Below, piece by piece: positions 30,607 through 40,326 of a stretch of 64,000 nucleotides of DNA. The stretch spans positions 386,477-450,476 of the forward strand of contig JACOXI010000003.1 in assembly GCA_016176335.1 (NCBI GenBank). The letters run 5' to 3'. Within the stretch, counting starts at the first letter, position 1, and every line of letters starts with the position of its first letter. Under the pieces are notes generated by a model. That model worked only from the letters and a program-made list of their open reading frames with translations, ran no database searches and was not told where the DNA came from. Source of the DNA: Candidatus Daviesbacteria bacterium. GTDB lineage: Bacteria > Patescibacteriota > Microgenomatia > Daviesbacterales > UBA10151. A program made the position numbers and the translations under genes.

Positions 30607-31559
30607 AAAAAAATCAAATATTAGTTACTGGTGGCGCAGGATTTATCGGTAGTGAAGTAGTCCGGCAATTACTTGAGAAAGGGTATCATGTAAGAGTTGC
30701 AGATGACCTAAGTAAAAAGATAGCTTACATCCCTCAAAGAGCTGAATTTCTAAAAATTGATTTAACCAAGAAGAAAGCAGCTCTTCGGGTCATGGAAAAT
30801 ATAGATTGTTGTATTCATTTGGCAGCTAAGATTGGAGGTATTGGTTATTTTCATAAATACCCGGCAACGATTCTATCTGAAAATAATAAGATGTATTCCG
30901 CAATCTTTGAAGCAGCAGTTGCGAAAAAAATCAAAAGAATTATATACCTTTCATCCTCGATGGTTTTTGAATCAACAAATATCTTTCCGTCTAAAGAGAG
31001 AGATATTGCAAATATACCTCCTCCAGTCAGTAGTTATGGTTTCTCTAAATTGGTGGGGGAATGGTATTGTAAGTCATTCAAAGAAGAATTTGGATTAAAT
31101 TATACTATCATTAGGCCCTTTAATGCCTATGGCATCAATGAACTTCCAGGAGAAGAGGCAGGAGATACTCACGTTATACCGGATCTTATTAAGAAAATTC
31201 TTACCGAGCAAAACCCATTGGAAATTTTAGGTAGCGGTAATCAAACAAGATGTTTCACTCACGTTACTGACATTGTCAGAGGAATTATTATGGCAATGGA
31301 ATCAAAAGAGGCAGAAAATGAAGATTTTAATATTGGTTCTGAAGAAGAGATTCGTATAAAAGATTTAGCAAAATATATCTTTGAAATTATTTATAAAAAC
31401 AAACCCTTAAAAATAAAATTCATTTCTGGATTTAAGTATGATATTAAAAGAAGAGTCCCATCCACTACTAAGGCGAGAAGGATTTTAGGTTGGAAACCAG
31501 AGAAGAAATTAGAAAGGGAGTTACCTATAATTATAGATTGGATTAAAATTCATATATGA
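30603..31559 (+). CDS. NAD-dependent epimerase/dehydratase (extended SDR; reductase/epimerase with an Fcl-like HVIPDLIKK segment)
   Basis: [18 protein letters not shown] and YGFSK (YxxxK). ATGA overlap with the dehydrogenase. Confidence 0.7.
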   Translation: MKKNQILVTGGAGFIGSEVVRQLLEKGYHVRVADDLSKKIAYIPQRAEFLKIDLTKKKAALRVMENIDCCIHLAAKIGGIGYFHKYPATILSENNKMYSAIFEAAVAKKIKRIIYLSSSMVFESTNIFPSKERDIANIPPPVSSYGFSKLVGEWYCKSFKEEFGLNYTIIRPFNAYGINELPGEEAGDTHVIPDLIKKILTEQNPLEILGSGNQTRCFTHVTDIVRGIIMAMESKEAENEDFNIGSEEEIRIKDLAKYIFEIIYKNKPLKIKFISGFKYDIKRRVPSTTKARRILGWKPEKKLERELPIIIDWIKIHI

Positions 31560-32392
31560 AGAAGAAAGATTTAGTCTCGGTAGTGATCACAACAAAAAAT
31601 GAAGAAGATGCGATAAGTAATCTTTTGGAAAGTATCACAAAACAAACATATAAAAACATTGAAATAATTTTAGTAGATAACAATTCAGAAGATAATACTT
31701 TGAAAATTGCAAGAAGGTTTAAGAAAGTCAAAGTTTATAACTGGGGTCCGGAAAGAAGTTCTCAAAGAAATTATGGTGCGAAAAAAAGTTTTGGGGAATA
31801 TCTCTTATTTTTGGATGCAGATATGAAACTCTCACCTAAAGTAGTAGAAGTTTGCGTCAAGATTACAAAATCAAAAAAAAATATTGGTTCGGTTGTGATT
31901 CCAGAACAATCTGAAGCTTATATGTTTTGGGAAAAGGTTAAAGCATTCGAAAGATCGTTTTACAATGAGAAGGGGGATCCGATAACAGATGCGGCCAGAT
32001 TTTTCAAAAGGAGTGTTTTTGAGAAAGCTGGAAGATATGATGAAACAATAACGGGTCCTGAAGACTGGGATCTTCCTGAAACCATAAGAGAGTTAGGGTA
32101 TAAAGATGGTAGGATTTCTGAAAAGATTTACCATCGGGAAAGGGCCACCTCCTTGATAGCCTTGTTTAAGAAGAAGTTCTACTATGGATTATATGCCCAT
32201 AAATATTTGAGAAAACATAATATCCCAATCGTTAGCCCTAAGACAGTCTATTTTTTAAGGCCTCTATTTTATAAAAGCTGGAAGAGATTGTTATCGCAAC
32301 CCTTGCTTGCTCTGGGGATGATTGCGATGCTTATCACACAAACATTAGGCGGAGGATCAGGTTATTTAATAGGTAGAATCAGGAAACTTTAA
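31556..32392 (+). CDS. GT2-family glycosyltransferase
   Basis: VSVVITTKNEEDAISNLLESITKQTYKNIEIILVDNNSEDNT, plus DADM. Confidence 0.75.
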   Translation: MKKKDLVSVVITTKNEEDAISNLLESITKQTYKNIEIILVDNNSEDNTLKIARRFKKVKVYNWGPERSSQRNYGAKKSFGEYLLFLDADMKLSPKVVEVCVKITKSKKNIGSVVIPEQSEAYMFWEKVKAFERSFYNEKGDPITDAARFFKRSVFEKAGRYDETITGPEDWDLPETIRELGYKDGRISEKIYHRERATSLIALFKKKFYYGLYAHKYLRKHNIPIVSPKTVYFLRPLFYKSWKRLLSQPLLALGMIAMLITQTLGGGSGYLIGRIRKL

Positions 32393-32397
32393 GCCGC

Positions 32398-33231
32398 ATG
32401 TCATTGCAACAGTCAAGAGATCTATTAAATAAATTACTCGGCAATGTAGGAGATATGTCCCTTAAAAGAAGGGCATCTAAAATATTAGAGGGGTTGGATT
32501 TAAAAGTGGGAGATAAAGTTTTAGATGTTGGCTGCGGAGATGGATTTTTTTTGTATTTGATATCCACCTTACCAATTAAATTGAGTTTGGTAGGTTTTGA
32601 TAATGACAAAAAAATCTTAACTATAGCCAGAAAGAATTTGGCTCATAAAAGATTAAGACTAGTAAACGGAGACGCTACTGCAATGCCTTTTGCGGAAAAC
32701 AGTTTCAACCAAGTAATCATGACGGAAGTTTTAGAACATGTACAAAACGAAAGAAAATCCGTATCCGAAGTGTATAGAGTTTTAAAACCAAACGGTATAC
32801 TTGTTCTTACAGTCCCCGGTTACAATTTCCCGTTTCTTTGGGACCCTTTAAATTGGATTTTACAAAATATTTTCGGAACCCATATTTCCGGCACTAATTT
32901 TTTTGCCGGAATTTGGGCCAGACATCTAAGGCTTTACAAAAGAAATAATCTGAAAAAGCTAATCAAAAATGCAGGTTTTAAAATTGAAGAGGCGGAGGAG
33001 CTAACTACACGATGTCTACCTTTCAACCACTATCTGGTTAATTTGGTAGCCAGGCTTTTATATGATGTTAAGCCGAGTTTTGTCACTTTGGAGTCTTTAA
33101 GCAAGTTTAAAAATGCCAAAAAGCCATTACTTATCAGATTAGCTTTTTTCTTAGTTAATACTTTCGATAAATTAAATGATATTCTACCGGGTAAAAACGG
33201 CCTAAATATTTATATTAAGGCCAGGAAATAA
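32398..33231 (+). CDS. Class I SAM-dependent methyltransferase
   Basis: VLDVGCGDGFF (motif I) and ...MTEVLEHV... Confidence 0.7.
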   Translation: MSLQQSRDLLNKLLGNVGDMSLKRRASKILEGLDLKVGDKVLDVGCGDGFFLYLISTLPIKLSLVGFDNDKKILTIARKNLAHKRLRLVNGDATAMPFAENSFNQVIMTEVLEHVQNERKSVSEVYRVLKPNGILVLTVPGYNFPFLWDPLNWILQNIFGTHISGTNFFAGIWARHLRLYKRNNLKKLIKNAGFKIEEAEELTTRCLPFNHYLVNLVARLLYDVKPSFVTLESLSKFKNAKKPLLIRLAFFLVNTFDKLNDILPGKNGLNIYIKARK

Positions 33232-33232
33232 T

Positions 33233-34249
33233 TTAAGTTTGCAAAAACTGTCTAAAATCAGAGAACAGGGATTTGGATGAAAAAAGAGCATAGTCTTTTT
33301 CAGACAAAGACTTTGCCCCAATTTTTTTAATTTTATTTCTTGAAACAATAATATCAGGAAGATGAAATATAACCCAAATTAGAGATGTTAATCGAACCCG
33401 GCCCATATTCCAGTTCCTTCGAATAATCCACTCATAAAGGATGATCAGTTGGTACAATAAAATTGTGACAGGTAAAGATTTAAGTAGCAGCCAGACAGGA
33501 TAATTTTTCAGCATAGTAATTAACCTGTTTTTATTAAAATGCCATTTAACTTTTACCCTGATGAAATCTGCCAGATCCGTGGCTGCCCTTTTATGATATA
33601 TAACTGCATCCGGAAACCTTTTAACTTTATAACCTAACCTTCTTACTCTTAGTGCCAAATCCATATCCTCATAACCTATACCAAAAATGGGGTCATACCC
33701 ACCTAGTTTTTCAAAAATGCTTTTTCTTATCACACAGGCAGAACCGCTTGCAGAAAGTATTTCTTCAACATGGTTATATTGTCCTTTATCGATTTCTCCA
33801 AAGCCAATGGTAACTGGGTTTCCGAATATATCCATGCTTTCACCGGCGCTGTCTATTTTTTTATGATCCGTGTAGTTTAAAAGTTTACCTTGCGCAATTG
33901 CTAATTTTTTATCTTTTTCAAATTCTTTGACTAAATTATTTAAGTACGTTTTTGTTATAGCCACATCATTATTAAAATATGCTAGATATTTACCGGTTGC
34001 TTTCTCTGCTCCTAAATTTAATCCTTGACTGTACATGTTGATTGGGTTCTCCAAAACAATGCAATTTTTGTAATTTTTAAACCTTTTGTTAAGATATTTA
34101 ACACTATCATCAGTTGAGGCATTATCCACAACAATTAATTCCCAATTAGGATAGCCTGGTTTGATTAGAAAGTTTATACAAGCACCAATTAAGTTAAGCT
34201 GTACACCATTAATATTTGAAACAATCATTGATACTGTAGGCTTTGTCAT
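33233..34249 (-). CDS. GT2-family glycosyltransferase
   Basis: VSMIVSNINGVQLNLIGACINFLIKPGYPNWELIVVDNASTDDS, FNNDV and a GYEDMD-type motif. Confidence 0.75.
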   Translation of the reverse strand: MTKPTVSMIVSNINGVQLNLIGACINFLIKPGYPNWELIVVDNASTDDSVKYLNKRFKNYKNCIVLENPINMYSQGLNLGAEKATGKYLAYFNNDVAITKTYLNNLVKEFEKDKKLAIAQGKLLNYTDHKKIDSAGESMDIFGNPVTIGFGEIDKGQYNHVEEILSASGSACVIRKSIFEKLGGYDPIFGIGYEDMDLALRVRRLGYKVKRFPDAVIYHKRAATDLADFIRVKVKWHFNKNRLITMLKNYPVWLLLKSLPVTILLYQLIILYEWIIRRNWNMGRVRLTSLIWVIFHLPDIIVSRNKIKKIGAKSLSEKDYALFSSKSLFSDFRQFLQT

Positions 34250-34293
34250 GCTGTCGATTATACATTAAAAAAGAAAGGTTGTAGAATGAAAAA

Positions 34294-35448
34294 ATGAACA
34301 TACTTTTAATATCTCCATATTTTTCACCCGCCGTTGGTGGCGTTGAGACTCACTTGACCGATCTTTGTAAATACTTGGTATCAAAAAAGCATCAAGTTTT
34401 TGTGAGAACTTATAAAGCCATGGGAGTAAAAAATAGAGGAGAGACAGAGGAAGAAGGTAAGTTTTTAAAAATTCACAGATTTTGGTGGCCGGATTTTAAC
34501 TTAATCTTTAAATTAGAAAAATATCCCGTATTAAAATTCCTATATCTTTTTACTGGTTTATTTTTTGATTGTTTCATTTTTATGATTAAAAATTCAAAAA
34601 AAATAGATGTTATTCAATCACATGGATTTATTGCAGCCATGATGGGTGTAATTTTGGGAAAATTATTTAATAAAAGAGTAGTAATTAACACACATGTCGG
34701 TTTTAGATTCAACAAGGGTTTTATGACCGAAATAATAAAATGGACTTTGTTAAATTCAGATAAAATTCTTGTGCTAACCACTGGTATTAAGAAATCGCTT
34801 GTTAATTTGGGAATACCCGAAAAGAAAATTGATATTTACCACTACTGGGTAGATCAAAGAATTTTCAAAAGACAAAAAAATGGCAAGGAAAAATTGGGCT
34901 GGAAGGATAAATTTATTGTGTTATTTGTGGGAAGATTAATTGAGGTTAAAGGGGTCAAAAAAATATTTGATCTTGCTAAAGTATTAAAAGATATGAGATT
35001 TGTCATAATAGGATTAGGGCCTCTTGCTCATCAGTTAAAACAAAAATCCTCAAGTTATAAAAACGTTGAGTTTGTTGGCAAGATAGATAATGAAAATTTA
35101 CCGCTATATTATAGTGCTGCTGATATTCTTTTGATTCCATCCCAACTTATTGAGCAAGAGTATGGAGAAGGGATACCAAGGGTTATGATTGAAGCGTTAT
35201 CTTGCGGTTTGCCTGTTATTTCTACAAAATCAGGCGCGATTTCGGATATTTTTAGTGATCGAATAGGCATTTTGGTTGAAGATGACATTGAATCAATGAG
35301 AAAGGCGATAGAAAAGTTTTATAAGAATAAAATCTATTATCAGATCATTGCGGAAAATTGCCGTCGATACGCGTTGAATCATTTTAGCATAAATAATGCT
35401 CACATAATCGAAGAGAGTTTATTCTGGTTTTTAAAAAAGTTTTTATAA
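34294..35448 (+). CDS. GT4-family glycosyltransferase
   Basis: EQEYGEGIPRVMIEALSCGLPVISTKSGAISDIF. Divergent from the GT2 at 34249, 44 bp away. Confidence 0.75.
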   Translation: MNILLISPYFSPAVGGVETHLTDLCKYLVSKKHQVFVRTYKAMGVKNRGETEEEGKFLKIHRFWWPDFNLIFKLEKYPVLKFLYLFTGLFFDCFIFMIKNSKKIDVIQSHGFIAAMMGVILGKLFNKRVVINTHVGFRFNKGFMTEIIKWTLLNSDKILVLTTGIKKSLVNLGIPEKKIDIYHYWVDQRIFKRQKNGKEKLGWKDKFIVLFVGRLIEVKGVKKIFDLAKVLKDMRFVIIGLGPLAHQLKQKSSSYKNVEFVGKIDNENLPLYYSAADILLIPSQLIEQEYGEGIPRVMIEALSCGLPVISTKSGAISDIFSDRIGILVEDDIESMRKAIEKFYKNKIYYQIIAENCRRYALNHFSINNAHIIEESLFWFLKKFL

Positions 35449-36635
35449 ATTCTTTTATAATTATATTTTCTTGCTAATTTAAGAGCACTTTTAGAATATT
35501 TAGTTTGAAATTTGATGAGATTGCCGACAGACCTAATAAAATTTGCTTTATCATGGTAATCTACTACAATTCCTGCCTTGCTCTTGTTTATTTCGTTGGA
35601 GAAAGGGGTAACATTTGTACAGATGACTGGTACACCAACACTAAGATAAGTTTTTATTTTTGAGGGATCAGCAAAATAGGCAGGATTATTGGTGGTTGGA
35701 GTATAAGTCGCAACTCCTATAGACCATTTCTTCATAATTTTTGTGACTTTTTCGAGGGATTCGATATAACCATAAAATTTAACTATTTTTTGATAATATT
35801 TTAATCTTTTCTTTAACTTATCCTCATATGGACCAGAACCGACAATTTCAATTTTTAAGTCGGGAAGATTTTTTAAGATTTTAGGTAAAGTATCAACCAA
35901 TAAATCTAACCCTTGGGATTGTTTTATTACTCCTAGATAACCAATAGTAGGTATAGACTTCCGCATAAGTTTAATGGGTTTGACATTGGCTCCGATTGGA
36001 ATTACGGGATGGGATTTATTTTCAGGAAATAAGCCAAACTTTTTTCTAATTTTTTGTAATTTGGCGCTAAGAAAAAAGGTATGAGTAGATTCTTGAGCAC
36101 CAAATTTATCTAAATGCCAATAGAGCGACCTCATAATTTTTACTTCTAAAGAATTACCTTGGGTGGGATAATAGTCCCAAATCCAAAAAATAGTTTCATT
36201 GACTATCCCTATTTTCTTAAGAATAATTCCTAGCCAGGCTGTTAATGCATTGACTGAAAAAAAATAATCAAACTTATTTCCTCTAATCCTTAAAAGAAAA
36301 ATCCACCAAAGAAGTTGTAATAAAAATAGTGTTCCAGTTATGGGAAGTAAAAAGTATAACAATGACTCCGGGACGCTAAGATTAAAAAAAGTTAGACGAT
36401 ACGCTTGTTGTCCTCTTTTATATATTGTAAGTGTATTTTTTTGTTTTGCCTTTCCTAATTTATGAAATTGAAATGAGAAATGAGCAACAAATAAAAAATT
36501 TTCTACAAAAAAATCTAAAATGTTGCCAGCGTTATCATATGGTGCAAAATTTGCATAAATTATCGCTTTGGGTATTCTCATCTGAACCCTGTTTCCTGTA
36601 ACGGTAATAGTAACGTAGACAAGTTTTGATTGCAA
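35400..36635 (-). CDS. GT4/GT-B-like glycosyltransferase with one N-terminal TM helix (start uncertain)
   Basis: The C-terminal half (GYLGVIKQSQGLDLLVDTL...VGVPVICTNVTPFSNEINKSKAGIVVDY) is GT-B-like. It overlaps the convergent GT4 by 49 nt. Confidence 0.55.
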   Translation of the reverse strand: MQSKLVYVTITVTGNRVQMRIPKAIIYANFAPYDNAGNILDFFVENFLFVAHFSFQFHKLGKAKQKNTLTIYKRGQQAYRLTFFNLSVPESLLYFLLPITGTLFLLQLLWWIFLLRIRGNKFDYFFSVNALTAWLGIILKKIGIVNETIFWIWDYYPTQGNSLEVKIMRSLYWHLDKFGAQESTHTFFLSAKLQKIRKKFGLFPENKSHPVIPIGANVKPIKLMRKSIPTIGYLGVIKQSQGLDLLVDTLPKILKNLPDLKIEIVGSGPYEDKLKKRLKYYQKIVKFYGYIESLEKVTKIMKKWSIGVATYTPTTNNPAYFADPSKIKTYLSVGVPVICTNVTPFSNEINKSKAGIVVDYHDKANFIRSVGNLIKFQTKYSKSALKLARKYNYKRIYKNFFKNQNKLSSIM

Positions 36636-36763
36636 TGTAAAAATGCTTATATCCCAGATGTATACAAAGATTTTGGAATAAAAAATTTGTGGTATTATTC
36701 GTGAGGGATAAATATAAGTTATATGCCCTATAAATCTTTGGTATAAAAAATTCCAAATGACAA
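36636..36763. promoter_or_regulatory. Divergent intergenic region between the GT4 (-) and the 850-aa membrane protein (+); probable bidirectional promoter region
   Basis: A 128-bp AT-rich noncoding gap at a polarity switch. No defined consensus elements identified. Confidence 0.2.
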
Positions 36764-39316
36764 ATGATAGCCTTTATGACTAGTAAAGTTAGTGTCATTA
36801 TTTTAATTACCATTTGTTTCTTTTTTACCCTTTCTTGGTACAAGCATGGTTTGATTATAGGTGGAGCAGAAGAGGGCTTGATTTTTCTCGATCCGCATAA
36901 AACCCAAGATTTATACAAATATACATGGGAAGATATACATTACGGTGGACCACAGACTGTTACCGTGACCCGTTACCCAAATTTTGTCTTTTTAGGATAT
37001 CTTAAAGATCTTGGTGTTCCCTCTGCTTTAATACAAATATTTACTTTCTTAACTTTAATTCTTACTTCAGCTATCTTTACATATCTTTTTGCAAAAGAAA
37101 TTTTAGGCAATAAACAAATGTATTGTTTACTTGCAGCATTGTTTTATATTGGGAACACTTTTGTTTTTTTCAATATTTGGCATCGATTTTTATTAGCAAT
37201 GTTTTTTTTTGAGCCTCTCTTACCAGCCTCCATATATTTTCTTTACAAAGTTTTTAAGACAAATAATATTTTATATTTGTTGTCCTTTCTTTTGATCTCT
37301 TTTATTTTATCATCAGCTTTTTCATTACCATCTAACGTAATTACGTTATGGGTCGTATTGTTTTTTCTCTTACTCTCAAATCTGATTGAAATTAGAAAGT
37401 CTTCAATATCTTTACTTAAATATGTAGGATGGTTTGTACTTTTTCTTTTGAGTTGGGTTTTAACTAATCTTTGGTGGATTATACCTTTAAATTATCAGGC
37501 AACGGTAGTATATTCACCTGTCTTTGGTACAAATGAAAACATTGCGGTGTTAAGAAGTATAAGTAACCAATTTCCGTTTCTAACCGCTATAACACTTGGT
37601 TACAAAAGTATGCTTTCAATGCTACAAGGAATAATTAGTTTTGTCATGCTACTTGTCGTATGGCTTGGTTTCAAGGAGACGAAATCTAAAGATACGAGGA
37701 ACTTCTTATTAATAATAGTACTTGTTAGTTACTTTGTTTTAAATGGATCTAATTTTCCCACCGGAAAGATATTTGAATTCTTTTTTGAGAAGATCTCTCA
37801 ACTTCAACTTTTGAGAAATCCTTACGAGAAATTTGGGATTGTTCTTACTTTTGCATACTCACTGCTTTTTCCCTTAGGAATATTATATCTGTCAAAAATT
37901 TCTCGATATATCTCTATATTTTTAGTAATTTTGATATTTGGTTTTCTATTTATTCCTGTTTGGGGAGGAAAGGTTTTCGGAGATGACAATATAAATTTTT
38001 ATGTCAGTGTTCCAGCTGATTACAAAAAGGTTAATGAATTATTAAATCAGGATACTGACGAATTCAGGATTTTACAATTGCCGCTTTTAGTAAGTGGAGG
38101 CTTAGCATACAACTGGCCAAATAAATATTTTGGTATACCTCCAAATTCCTTTCTTTTCGATAAACCTTCTCTTGAAGGTTTGGTATCAATGAAGAATCCT
38201 GATAATTACTGGAGGGCATTAAGAGAGGGTTTTTATACTGGAAAGATTAGACAACTGTTAAAATACGCAAATATAAGATACCTGGTTTTGCATAAGGATA
38301 TAGATACAGATTATTCTCAGTCTGAAGATACAGAGACAACTTTATTTTATTTAAACCATGGAATTATTCCAGATTCTCTTTCCTCCTTTCGGATTTGTCA
38401 CGATTTAACAGAGCTAACATATATTTTTAGAAAAGTTCAATTTTTCGGAGAGTGTAAATTAGATTCCCTAAATTCAGATTGGTCGAATATAAACTTTCTA
38501 AGTTTTGAAATGCAATCAGACGGTGCAGGTCAAATTAGGGTAGATATTGTCGATCGGGATGGGCAGCGCTTGGTCTTTGAAGGCAAATCAGAAAATATTT
38601 ATACGCTATCTGAAAACGAAGTCAACAAAACAAAGCTGTTTACTTTAAACATAAAAGTTCCCACTGAAAAGTATGCAAAGTTTTCTCCTATTAATGTAGA
38701 TCATCTCGAATTAACTTTTATTCCAAGTTCAGTTAATCTAATTCCGAAAGTAAGGATCGGGAGTATCTATTTGGATAAGGGGACGACAATAGCAAATGAC
38801 TACTGGAGTAAAATTTATTCCACTGCTAATTTGGAAATTTATCGGATTAATGACAGCTATTTCTATCCAAGAATATATGCAGTCGGCAGTCTATTGGAAG
38901 TTGATAATTGGAATTCTTTATTAAAATTAAATTCCTTGCCGGATGCTTTTTATCTTAGGGATCAACAAGATAAAGATATTAATTACGACACAAATTTAGA
39001 CAAACCTGATATCGAGTTTAAAAAAATAAATAATACAAGGTATGAAATTTACATAAAAAATGCAAAAACTCCTTTTTGGCTAGTGTTTTCCGAAACTTTT
39101 TCTCCTGATTGGAAAGCCAAATTAAGAAACGGCCAGGAGTTTGCACATTTTACTGTAAACGGATTTACTAATGGTTATTTTATCAATCAAACTGGCGATT
39201 TCACGCTTGAGCTAGAGTATATTGTTCAACAAGGAATTGAGAAATATAGAGCAATTTCGCTTCTGGCGTTTATTGCGATTGTAATAATTGCGACTCTTAA
39301 AAAGAGAGCTTTTTAA
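36764..39316 (+). CDS. Large (850 aa) GT-C-like membrane protein with a YfhO/AftD-like C-terminal module
   Basis: The N-terminus has GGAEEGLIFLDPHKTQD..., then about 13 TM, a long extracytoplasmic region, and a C-terminal FSPDWKAKLRNGQEFAHFTVNGFTNGYF (FxPxW motif) followed by a TM anchor. Confidence 0.55.
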   Translation: MIAFMTSKVSVIILITICFFFTLSWYKHGLIIGGAEEGLIFLDPHKTQDLYKYTWEDIHYGGPQTVTVTRYPNFVFLGYLKDLGVPSALIQIFTFLTLILTSAIFTYLFAKEILGNKQMYCLLAALFYIGNTFVFFNIWHRFLLAMFFFEPLLPASIYFLYKVFKTNNILYLLSFLLISFILSSAFSLPSNVITLWVVLFFLLLSNLIEIRKSSISLLKYVGWFVLFLLSWVLTNLWWIIPLNYQATVVYSPVFGTNENIAVLRSISNQFPFLTAITLGYKSMLSMLQGIISFVMLLVVWLGFKETKSKDTRNFLLIIVLVSYFVLNGSNFPTGKIFEFFFEKISQLQLLRNPYEKFGIVLTFAYSLLFPLGILYLSKISRYISIFLVILIFGFLFIPVWGGKVFGDDNINFYVSVPADYKKVNELLNQDTDEFRILQLPLLVSGGLAYNWPNKYFGIPPNSFLFDKPSLEGLVSMKNPDNYWRALREGFYTGKIRQLLKYANIRYLVLHKDIDTDYSQSEDTETTLFYLNHGIIPDSLSSFRICHDLTELTYIFRKVQFFGECKLDSLNSDWSNINFLSFEMQSDGAGQIRVDIVDRDGQRLVFEGKSENIYTLSENEVNKTKLFTLNIKVPTEKYAKFSPINVDHLELTFIPSSVNLIPKVRIGSIYLDKGTTIANDYWSKIYSTANLEIYRINDSYFYPRIYAVGSLLEVDNWNSLLKLNSLPDAFYLRDQQDKDINYDTNLDKPDIEFKKINNTRYEIYIKNAKTPFWLVFSETFSPDWKAKLRNGQEFAHFTVNGFTNGYFINQTGDFTLELEYIVQQGIEKYRAISLLAFIAIVIIATLKKRAF

Positions 39317-40310
39317 GTAACCATTTTATTTCCGATATTGCGTATGCAATCACCATTCCGAAACAAATTAACGGATGCAAAAACCAAGCTCGATCCCGAA
39401 TCCTTGCATACCCCCTCACACTTTCAATAAAAGGAATAATAAATGTGAAAGAGAAAATAATGTATTTTGTCAGGTTGATTCGATCTTGATAAGAATTCCA
39501 ATTAAATACTAGATATTTTCTTTTACCTCTGTTTTGATCATAAAACTGTTCTTTTGCCTCAATTCTTCTTTTTATTAAATCAATTATATTGGCTTTTTGG
39601 GTGTGAATAATTGAATTATTTACAACTCCAAAAGTATTATATCCGAGGTCGAGAAGCTCACTAAAAGCATCTGTATGCATGTATGTTTCATAATCCTTAA
39701 CCACTCTCTTCATAACACTTGTTAGAAACAAGTGGCCATTGTCACCCAAAGTAGGTAGATTATCTTGATTAAACTGTACGATGTAATAATCCTGAGTTTT
39801 TTTTATAACTTTCCCCTTATTATATTGAGTCTTGTCCATCCGTATTTTTTCTGTTTTATTAAGGTAGTATAGTGTTGGATCAGGTGATCCAAAAAGCGCA
39901 CAGTATCTTGTTGTAGCAGGCATATCTTTGTGATAAGAGTTATATGCGCTGAATGTGCAAAAAACTTTACCATCCTCTATAAAGGGTTTAACCATTTTTA
40001 AAAGCCAGTCGCTTGATGTAAGGATATTATCTGATTGAAGCATGAGAATTAGATCCCCTTTTGCCTTTTTAATTGCTATACCAACACGAGCTTCGTCTTT
40101 ATCTTTTAAATCTTTTCTTACTATTACCAAACAACCGTATCTTCTTGCCAGTTCGGGGCTCTTATTGGTGGATCCACCATCCATGACAATATGCTGAATT
40201 AACTTTTTTGGATATTTTTGTAGCTTAAGCGAATCTAAAACCTGCTTAAAAGTCGGTATATGACTATCTAATACACCTGTAATAACAGTGATCGAGGGAA
40301 GATTTTTCAT
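39297..40310 (-). CDS. GT2-family glycosyltransferase
   Basis: ITVITGVLDSHIPTFKQVLDSLKLQKYPKKLIQHIVMDGGSTNKS, plus LMLQSDN. Confidence 0.7.
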   Translation of the reverse strand: MKNLPSITVITGVLDSHIPTFKQVLDSLKLQKYPKKLIQHIVMDGGSTNKSPELARRYGCLVIVRKDLKDKDEARVGIAIKKAKGDLILMLQSDNILTSSDWLLKMVKPFIEDGKVFCTFSAYNSYHKDMPATTRYCALFGSPDPTLYYLNKTEKIRMDKTQYNKGKVIKKTQDYYIVQFNQDNLPTLGDNGHLFLTSVMKRVVKDYETYMHTDAFSELLDLGYNTFGVVNNSIIHTQKANIIDLIKRRIEAKEQFYDQNRGKRKYLVFNWNSYQDRINLTKYIIFSFTFIIPFIESVRGYARIRDRAWFLHPLICFGMVIAYAISEIKWLLKKLSF

Positions 40311-40326
40311 TTTTTTATTAAGTCTT